From NCBI GenBank assembly GCA_964016885.1, contig OZ024760.1:5518001-5582000 (forward strand): a stretch of 64,000 bases of DNA. Reading direction: 5' to 3'. The stretch's first letter is position 1, and the number at the start of each line of letters is the position of its first letter. The translations under genes were made by a program, and so were the position numbers. The notes beneath the pieces were generated by a model. It was given only the letters and a program-made list of their open reading frames with translations, had not been told where the DNA came from and ran no database searches. Positions 53,376 to 64,000 of the stretch are shown here, in pieces. This DNA comes from Eledone cirrhosa (taxonomy: Eukaryota).

Positions 53376-54622
53376 CACTGGTATCCAGAGAGAGGGGAGG
53401 GGAGACTCTAAGAAGATAATGCTGATATTGGTGATGATGTTGTTGATGACATCAATGATGATGGTAGGGGTGATGATGATGATGGTTGTGGTGGGGGTGA
53501 TGATGGTGATGATGTCGTTGGGGATGATAATGACAATGATGGTGGTGATGGTGATAGTGGGGGGGGGGGGTGATAATGATCATGATGGTGGTAGTGATGG
53601 TGATTTTGATGATTTTGATGATGTTGTTGATGTTGGTGATGGTGATGATGATGATGATGATGTTGCTGATGATGATAATGACAATAGTGGTGGTAGTGAT
53701 GATGATGATGAGTGATGGTGGTGATGATGCTGATGTGGTATTGGTGGTGGTAGTGATGATGATGACGTCATAGTTATATAAGTGACATGTCACCAAAACA
53801 ACACCTCCCCACCCCCACACCACCCCTTTTCCTGTGTCCTACAAAGTTTGTTTTAATGGAAATTAAAAAAAAACATTTTAACTAGAAAATTTAGCTGTAG
53901 AATATTCTCTAATCACTTCCACACCCCTGTCCCCCTCTCTCTTTCTCTCTCTCTCTTCTCATTCCATCTCTCTCTCTCTCTCTCTCTCTCCTCATTCCAT
54001 CTCTCTGTCTCTCACTTCCTCTCTTTCTCACTCCATCTCTCTCTCTCTCTCTCAACTTGGCCAGTTCCATAAAAACGGCCCCACCTCCAAATATCTTAGA
54101 ATAATAAAATATGATTGCCCACCCAAACCCTGCTCTCTCCCTCTCCCCCTTTTCTTCCCCACCCCCTCTCTCAACATGGCGAGTTTCACCACAAAAACAG
54201 CTCCTTTCCACCCCCTAAAAATTAACAGAATAACAAAATATTTTCCCTTCCTCTCCCCCACTTCTCTCTATACCCCGCCTCTCTCTCCCACCCTGCAAAA
54301 CTTCAACCTCCCTCTCACCCTCCCATCTCCCCCACTCCCCCCCACCTCCATCGCCCCACCACCAACTAATATCCCATCATGCAACAGTAGTAGGTTGTTT
54401 ATGTTCTGTCTCTGTATTGTCACATGTTTATTGTTTAAAGGAAACTTTCTATTAAAGTTTTCCTCACACAATCTCTAAAATACACAACCACGCAAATTTA
54501 TACACACACACACATCACACACATTTACATACATATATATATATATGCATTGATATACACACATATATATATATATACATTTATATCCGAACACAAACAC
54601 ACATGTATCTACATGTATTTAT

Positions 54623-54653
<31 letters not shown>

Positions 54654-54911
54654 CGCACATACATATATACACATTTATATCTGCAAACATTATATATATA
54701 GTCCATCCCTCCTGTTAGTGTTTTGTATCTCGCATTCTAAATGGGATTAAATTTGTTTTACTTAATCTCATTTTGAATTTCTTTAGACTACACACACACA
54801 CACACACATGCTTTATTCTTCATTACACGCACACAGAGAAAGAGAGAGAAACTGACAATGTATATAACTGTATTTCTAATGAAATATACTGCCTATGCAT
54901 TTCAGTAAATT

Positions 54912-55867
54912 GTGAAAATAACCCAGTATTTGTCAGAGTCTTATAAAATAACTCAGTGTTTGTTAGAACCTTATAAAATAATCCAGTGTTTGCCAGACCC
55001 TTAGAAAATAATCCAGTGTTTGTCTGAACCTTATAAAATAATCCAGTTTTTGTCAGAACCTCATAAAATAATCCAGTATTTGTCAGAACCTTATAAAATA
55101 ACCCAGTATTTGACAGTCTTATAAAATAACCCAGTATTTGACAGTCTTATAAAATAACCCAGTATTTGACAGTCTTATAAAATAATCCAGTATTTGACAG
55201 TCTTATAAAATAACCCAGTATTTGACAGTCTTATAAAATAACCCAGTATTTGACAGTCTTATAAAATAATCCAGTATTTGACAGCCTTAGAAAATAACCC
55301 AGTGTTTGTCCGAACCTTAGAAAATAATCCAGTATTTGACAGTCTTATAAAATAACCCAGTATTTGACAGTCTTATAAAATAACCCAGTATTTGACAGTC
55401 TTATAAAATAATCCAGTATTTGACAGTCTTATAAAATAACCCAGTATTTGACAGTCTTATAAAATAACCCAGTATTTGACAGTCTTATAAAATAACCCAG
55501 TATTTGACAGTCTTATAAAATAATCCAGTATTTGACAGCCTTAGAAAATAACCCAGTGTTTGTCCGAACCTTAGAAAATAATCCAGTATTTGACAGTCTT
55601 ATAAAATAATCCAGTATTTGACAGTCTTATAAAATAATCCAGTATTTGACAGTCTTATAAAATAACCCAGTATTTGACAGTCTTATAAAATAATCCAGTA
55701 TTTGACAGTCTTATAAAATAATCCAGTATTTGACAGTCTTATAAAATAACCCAGTATTTGACAGTCTTAGAAAATAATCCAGTATTTGACAGTCTTAGAA
55801 AATAACCCAGTGTTTGTCCGAACCTTAGAAAATAACCCAGTGTTTGTCAGAACCTTATAAAATAAAC
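54912..55867. repeat. 28/30-bp minisatellite (~33 copies)
   Basis: Unit ataaaataacccagtatttgacagtctt (28 bp) mixed with 30-bp gtttgtccgaacctt variants. Confidence 0.95.
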
Positions 55868-58800
55868 AGTTTTTCTTTAGTAAGCTGATATTTAGAACAT
55901 TATGTAAACATTTCGAAAATTAAATTATAAAATTAAGATGGATTGTTTTAATATAAGCATAAACATTTTAACATTAGCAGGATTTTTGTATCATAAATCC
56001 TGACTGGTTTCAAACAGTTTAGTATCATCATCATCATCACCATAATCATCACAATCACCATCACCATCATCATTTGCACCATCATTGTTTAATGTCCACT
56101 GTTCCTGCACAAAAAATGTTAAAGAATTGTGGGTAATCTTTTCTTGTTGCTGTTGTTGTTATTTGTCTTCCCCTCCCCACCACCATCTGTGTTTCTTCAG
56201 CTGTCGACACCCAAGTAGGTCTTAAAGGTTTTTCGATTTAAAGTCCTTTATATTAATCTCACTAGTGTATGATGTAATCTGTGTCACATTTGTATTATGT
56301 TACTGCTCGTTGCCGGATGCTTACCAAAGCCTTCCATTGGCTAAACTTTTAGTTCCTATTAAATATAAATGTTACAGGATTCATTTTCAGTGTCTTGTGG
56401 TTTCCTTAACCATATTAATTTTCACTTTCTCTTGCCTTACCCTTCCCGTTCCCATATCTCCAATGAAAGACATTGCTTATAGTTTACAAATAATTTTGTA
56501 AACAATCAAGAATTTGGAGTGTTTTAAACTAACTTTCTCTTTATTAAATTGGTGTTTGGAACATAACAAAGGTTCTTACATAAGATTATGATGGAGTTTT
56601 TTTAGATTAATATAAACACTTTTAAACACTTCAAAAATAAGCAGCTTAGTATCGTAGAACCATTGATAGTTTCAGGCATTTTATATATTTATACATATCA
56701 AAACTGTTTCTACTAGTTAGTTAGTTAGTACACAAGAACATAGGCCATTATAGTAGCAGTTGATGAAACAGATGGGACGTCTATAGTCAGGTAAAGGTTC
56801 TCCACTCCGTCCCAATATAATCTGTTTACTATCATTAAGAGAAAGTACTTTGATGACTGCAAGCTTCACTTTGACATAGAAAAAGTTCCTCTGGAATGTG
56901 ATGGTCCCATCATTAGACAGCTCTACCCCTATGGCCCCACTAGAGCCAAGCCTTCCACCCACCTCCGCTCAAACCTTCCACTCCTCCACCAACGTCTTCC
57001 ACCCACATCCACCCAAGCCTTTCACCCATCATGTCAAAAAAAAAGGGGGGGTTATTTCTAAGGCTGTGTTTATATAATATATGTGCCCCTTATAATTCAC
57101 TATTGGAGGTTGGAGTGGGGAGTTAGGGTGGATATTGCGTGATATTTAAATAAACGTATGGATTTATCATTTAACTGGGGGATGGGGAGGGAAGGTGGTG
57201 GTGGATAGGGGGCGTTGAAGGGAGGGGTGGGGGCTTTATTCTGGTTAATTAACTTTATTAATTTCATTATTGCTAGTTGAGTCTGCTATGGAATTGTGTG
57301 TGACATACATACATATATATCTGTATGTATGTATATATATATCTATATGTTTATAACTATATATAGATATATACACAGAAACACACGTACATATATCCAT
57401 ATATATATATATATATATATATATACTTACAGACATAAATATATGCTCACACATATATAGCTGTATGTGAATATATATATAGAGAGAGAGTAAATATATA
57501 TAGAGAGATGTATACAGACATACGCACATGTACGCTCACTCACACACACACATGCTCACTCACACACACATGCTCACACACACGTACGCTCACTCTCTCA
57601 CACACGTACGCTCACTCTCTCACACACGTACACTCACTCTCTCACACACGTACACTCACTATCTCACACACGTACACTCTCTCTCACTCACACTCACACA
57701 CACAGTCATACACACAAGTACACACACTCACACACACGTACGCTCACTCTCTCACTCACACACTCACACACACACACTCATACACACAAGTACACACACG
57801 CACACGTACGCTCACTCTCACACACACGTACGTTCACTCACACACACACACACACACTCACATGCTCACACACTCACACACATATATACACAAGTACACA
57901 CACTCACATGCATACACACACACATGCATACACACACACATGCATACACAGTCACATACACACACAGTCACATACACACACACAGTCACATACACACACA
58001 CAGTCACATACACACACAGTCACATACACACACAGTCACATACACACACACAGTCACATACACACACAGTCACATACACACACACATGTCTCCAAATGCC
58101 ATTCTCTGCTATTCTGAGACTAATTCTTCATGATACCAACATCTGTTTCATTTTTACACCAAACGCTGCAAACTTGGGCAATGGTGAGGTGGGGGGTGGG
58201 GGGGGGGGGGGGGGGGGGTTAAAGGGGGTTGACTCTACTCACATACTTATTATATTCTGCTAGAAGGAGCAGTCAAATCTCCCTCAAATCAAATATTGCT
58301 GTCTTATGATTCCTTTCCATTAGATTTTCTCTCAATTGTCATATATCATATCACCACCACCACCACCACCACCACCACCACCATCCTCCATAAACATCAC
58401 CACCAGCAACATCATCACCACTCATTATCACCACCACCACCATCCCCCATAATCACCACCACCACCACCATCCTCCATAATCACCACCACCACCATCCCC
58501 CATAATCACCACCACCACCACCATCCTCCATAATCATCACCACCACCATCCCCCATAATCACCACCACCACCACCATCCTCCATAATCACCACCACCACC
58601 ATCCCCCATAATCACCACCACCACCACCATCCTCCATAATCATCACCACCACCATCCCCCATAATCACCACCACCACCACCATCCTCCATAATCACCACC
58701 ACCACCACCATCCCCCATAATCACCACCACCACCACCATCCTCCATAATCACCACCACCACCACCATCCTCCATAATCACCACCACCACCACCACCCTCC

Positions 58801-59303
58801 ATATTCATCACCACCACCACTCGCATCATTATCACCACCACCACTATCCTCCATATTCACCACCACCACCACCACCACCAACATCATCATCATTATCACC
58901 ACCACCATCCCCCATAATCACCACCACCACCACCAACATCATCATCATTATCACCACCACCATCCCCCATAATCACCACCACCACCATCCTCCATAATCA
59001 CCATCACCACCACCAGCACCACCACCACCATCATCACCACTCTCATCATTATCACCACCACCACCACCATCCCCCATAATCACCACCACCACCACCAGCA
59101 GCAACACCATCATCATCACCACCACCACCACCACCAGCATCATCACCACCACCAGCACCACCACCACCATCATCACCACCACCACCACCATCCCCCATAA
59201 TCACCACCACCATCGCCACCAGCAGCTTCATCATTATCATCACTATCACCATCATCATTGAACGTCTGTCTTCCCTGCTAGCAAGAGTTGGATGCCTCTT
59301 GAA

Positions 59304-59511
59304 CCCTTTAGCATTTAAACTGGCCATATCCGGCCAGAATTCTCTCACCTCTTTCTGTTCAAACCGGCCATAACCAGCTGCTCATACAGATGTTAAGGTA
59401 TTGTTCTCAAAATAAATAACATCAAAATCTCATAGATTCGATATTATGTGAGATAAAGCCTTTACCATGAAAATACAATAGTAAATATAGAGTAATATAA
59501 ATGCTAAAGGG
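59304..59511. mobile_element. piggyBac-type MITE
   Basis: Perfect 14-bp TIRs CCCTTTAGCATTTA / TAAATGCTAAAGGG, flanked by TGAA on the left and TTAA on the right. Confidence 0.8.
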
Positions 59512-60437
59512 TTAATGACTGTGACAGGTCACTGAAGCAAAGCTACTGACCTTTCAGATGTGCCATGGATGGAGGGAAGGGGGCTGCTTCTCACATACTG
59601 TCCGGCACTCTACTGAATGTATTTATCCATGACACCAACAAGAGGGTTGTTGTGTGTTTGGCACAAGTGACTAGTTGTCAACATCCTTTGTTTGATAGGT
59701 TTTCTATGACTGGATGTCCTTCCTCTTATCAACCACTTTACAGAGTGTACTGGGTGTATTTATCATACAGATCACCAACACTATGAAGCTTGTCATGTCT
59801 TTAATGCAGACAGCAGATGTTAAATGATGATGGGGATGGTGATGGTGCCGGTAGTGACGGTGGTGATGGTGACGGTGATGACGACGAGGATGATGATGGT
59901 GGTGATGATGATGGTGGTGATGGTGGTGGTGGTGGTGATGACGAGGATGGTGATGATGTAGTATTACTTGAACAAAATAAGGGCAATGGAAGGGGGGGGG
60001 TCTCTACACAGACTGCTTGACATGGCAGCCATGACGTTATTGTTCTTCTTCTTCTTGTTGTATGTGGGTCTCCCTCTTCTTCCTCTTCCTACTCCTCATT
60101 CCTGCAATGGTAGAGACAGAGAGAGTGTATGTGTATGGGGAGGGGGGTAAAGAGAGAGAGAGAGGAAGTAGGGTGTTGTTTGGTGTCTTCCTAACTGTTT
60201 CCCTTCTTTGTTGATACCATCACGCCTTTCTGGTTTTGGGGTCTCTCACATTACATCTGCTTACACACACACACACACTATCTCTCTCACACATACACAC
60301 ACTACACACCACAAACACATATACACTCCACACACATACACACTTTACACACGCACACTACCCCCCCCCCCCACACTCGCACACAAACGCACACACTCTA
60401 TTTCACTCTCACACACACACTCTCTCTCACACACACA

Positions 60438-60468
<31 letters not shown>

Positions 60469-61048
60469 TCTCTCTCTCACACATACACACACTGTCTCTC
60501 TCACACATACACACACTGTCTCTATCACACATACACACACTGTCTCTCTCACACACACTCTCACACATACACACACTGTCTCTCTCACACATACACTCTC
60601 TCACATACACACACTCTCACACACACTGTCTCTCTCACACATACACACACTGTCTCTCTCACATACACATACACTCTCTCACATACACACACTCTCACAC
60701 ACACACACTCTCTCACACACATACACACACACTCTCTCACACACATACACACACACTCTCTCACACACACATAATGGCTATTGATTGTGAAGATGATGTA
60801 ATTTCTACTATGTAAAGTAATGGTGTTCATCTTTTCTATGAAACGACAACAGTGTCGGCAATTAACTAACTTACGTCTGAAAATATTAATGACCATTATG
60901 GAGACAATCCAAATTACCGTAATAGTTCTTTCCCCTATTTCTTTCCATATTCTTGGCAACATCTACTTTAGATTTCTTGCCAAAGTTTTACAATAATTGT
61001 CTTTGATCTGTTCTTCATGTAGCGCTGTTACCATTTCAGGACAACTGA

Positions 61049-61097
<49 letters not shown>

Positions 61098-61121
61098 TCT
61101 GCATTGAAAAAAAAATGATTG

Positions 61122-62386
61122 CGAATGCAGGAGGCTGAAATATGGGGTTCCTCCAAAGAGTCTTTGGAGTAACATTACATGATAGAGTGCTTAGTGTAGT
61201 TCAGAGATCAGGGAGTCGCTCCAGGTAGGGCTGTTACTTCTCCCAAAGGGTCTTTGGAGTAACATTATACCATAGTGTGTAACTCGGAGATCAGGGAATC
61301 GCTCCAAGTAGAGCTGTTACTTCTCCTGAAGGATCTTTGGAGTAATGTTACATGATAGTGTAGTTCAGAGATGAGGGAGTTTCTCCAGGTAGGGCTGTTA
61401 CTTCTCCCGGAGATCTTTGGAGTAATGTTACATGATAGTGTAGTTCAGAGATGAGGGAGTTTCTCCAGGTAGAGCTGTTACTTCTCCCGGAGATCTTTGG
61501 AGTAATGTTACATGACAGTGTAGTTCAGAGATGAGGGAGTTTCTCCAAGTAGAGCTGTTACTTCTCCTGAAGGATCTTTGGAGTAATGTTACATGACAGT
61601 GTAGTTCAGAGATGAGGGAGTTTCTCCAGGTAGAGCTGTTACTTCTCCTGAAGGATCTTTGGAGTATTGTTACATGATAGTGTAGTTCAGAGATGAGGGA
61701 GTTTCTCCAGGTAGGGCTGTTACTTCTCCTGAAGGATCTTTGGAGTATTGTTACATGATAGTGTAGTTCAGACATGAGGGAGTTTCTCCAGGTAGGGCTG
61801 TTACTTCTCCTGAAGGATCTTTGGAGTAATGTTACATGATAGTGTAGTTCAGAGATGAGGGAGTTTCTCCAGGTAGAGCTGTTACTTCTCCTGAAGGATC
61901 TTTGGAGTATTGTTACATGATAGTGTAGTTCAGAGATGAGGGAGTTTCTCCAGGTAGAGTTGTTACTTCTCCTTCCTGAAGGGTCTTTGGAGTAATGTTA
62001 CATGGTAGTGTAGTTCAGAGATGAGGGAGTTTCTCCAAGTAGAGCTGTTACTTCTCCTTCCTGAAGGGTCTTTGGAGTAATGTTACATGGTAGTGTAGTT
62101 CAGAGATGAGGGAGTTTCTCCAGGTAGAGCTGTTACTTCTCCCGGAGATCTTTGGAGTATTGTTACATGATAGTGTAGTTCAGAGATGAGGGAGTTTATC
62201 CAGGTAGAGCTGTTACTTCTCCAAATTGAGAGATCACAGCTCTGATACTACAGACATGTGGTTATAATGTTTCAGGAAAGAATCACTTGACCGATTTTAT
62301 GGGCAAAACCCAACTGGCAGGAGACCCGGGCGAAGGAACCCCGCTCTCCTGAGCAAGACGATTGGAAAATATTCATGAGCTTAGCT
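61122..62386 (+). mobile_element. RTE (Rex3/Expander-like) LINE fragment containing an internal 80-85-bp tandem array (~13 copies, ~61160-62223)
   Basis: Start reads RMQEAE.MGFLQRVFGVTLHDRV. The unit corresponds to RIFGV.LHD-SSEMREFLQVELLLL. The array exits into IERSQL*YYRHVV..., homologous to 27314. Confidence 0.85.
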
Positions 62387-62699
62387 TTTTCTCTTCTTTC
62401 TTTCTGCTCATTTCTTTACTTTCCTTCCTTTTTACCTTCTCCTTCTTCCCCTATCATCTCCGTTCTCCATCTTCTATCATCTCCCCTATGTCTATCTTCT
62501 CAGTCCTCTATCATCTCCTCTCGTCAACTGCCAATCAATATTTAATTAACATTGTTATAGACCCACCAGACTTAATGTAATGTCCATTAGCTAATTACAG
62601 GAGAAAAACTAAATAAAATTAAATCAGCCACCCCCTACTACATTCCCCCACCACTACACTACTCCCTAGATTACACCCCACACACACATAACAGTACCC

Positions 62700-63920
62700 G
62701 CACCACCACACTACACCACTATACTACACCACCCACACTACATTACCTCATCACTATACCATACTACACCAGTACATTACACTATATTACCCACACTACA
62801 CCACCACCACACTACACCACCACCTCCACACTACACCACCACCACCACACTACACCACCACCACCACACTACACCACCACCTCCACACTACACCACCACC
62901 ACCACCACCACACTACACCACCACCACCACCACACTACACCACCACCACCACACTACACCACCACCACCACACTACACCACCACCACCACACTACACCAC
63001 CACCTCCACACTACACCACCACCACTACACCACCACCACCACCACCACCACACTACACCACCACCTCCACACTACACCACCACCACCACCACCACACTAC
63101 ACCACCACCACCACACTACACCACCACCACCACACTACACCACCACACTACACCACCACCACCACACTACACCACCACCTCCACACTACACCTACACCAC
63201 CACCACCACCACACTACACCACCACACTACTACACCACCACCACCACACTACTACACCACCACCACCACCACACCACACTACACCACCACCTCCTCCACA
63301 CTACACCACCACCACCACCACACTACACTACACCACCACCACCACACTACACCACCACACTACACTACACTACACCACACCACCACCACTAGTAGTGGTG
63401 GTGGTGGTTTTAGTGGTGTGGTGGTTGTTGTGGTTGTTGTGGTGGTGGTTTTAGTGGTGTGGTCGTTGTTGTGGTGGTGGTGTAGTGTAGTGTAGTGTGG
63501 TGGTGTAATGGTGGTGTAGTGTGGTGGTGGTTGTAGTGTGGTGTGGTGTGGTGTAGTGTAGTGTAGTGTGGTGTAGTGTAGTGGTGGTGTAGTGTAGTGT
63601 GGTGGTGGTGTAGTGTAGTGTGGTGGTGGTGTAATGTAGTGAGGTGCTGGTGTAGTGTAGTGTGGTGATGTAGTGTAGTGTGGTGATGTAGTGTAGTGTG
63701 GTGTGGTGCTGGTGTAGTGTAGTGTGGTGTGGTGCTGGTGGTGGTGTAATGTAGTGAGGTGCTGGTGTAGTGTAGTGTGGTGGTGTAGTGTAGTGAAGTG
63801 GTGGTGTAATGTAGTGAGGTGCTGGTGTAGTGTAGTGTGGTGATGTAGTGTAGTGTGGTGCTGGTGTAGTGTGGTGCTGGTGTAGTGTAGTGTAGTGAAG
63901 TGGTGGTGTAGTGTGGTGGT
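62700..63920. repeat. (CAC)n-CACTA compound repeat followed by its reverse-complement type (GTG/GTAGT)n
   Basis: C/A-rich up to 63390 and G/T-rich from 63394. Confidence 0.9.
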
Positions 63921-64000
63921 GGATAAACATTACCATTTCCTTTACATGAGATATACAACAACAACAACAACAACAACAATCAATGACTTATAGAAAGAAG

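Overview
Repeat-saturated, AT-rich eukaryotic genomic DNA. The mix of (TA)n/(CA)n/(CAT)n/(CAC)n microsatellites, tRNA-derived SINEs, RTE-clade LINE ends and TTAA-type MITEs strongly suggests an octopus or other coleoid cephalopod (inference). Almost all ORFs in the supplied track are microsatellite or minisatellite translations. The only host coding sequence I can support is the 5' part of a + strand cytohesin (ARNO/GRP1/Steppke-type Arf-GEF) gene: two coiled-coil exons at 11314-11387 and 22591-22655, plus a candidate first exon at 10419-10452. The Sec7 and PH exons are not in the window, so most of it is probably intron. The most striking feature is a set of about 14 type I, minimal-stem-III hammerhead ribozyme motifs (CUGANGA...GAAA-Y-N4-R-UA in the main family). 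Their long stem II helices differ in sequence but keep pairing, and several share a C-C mismatch at the 4th position. They are mostly antisense to the gene, sometimes occur as same-strand pairs 300-450 nt apart, and sit in a non-coding element family that repeatedly forms fold-back inverted repeats and zero-loop palindromes (Penelope-like/retrozyme-like). Several satellites clearly derive from tandem amplification of RTE-LINE ORF or 3'UTR segments. All calls were made by eye with no database search.
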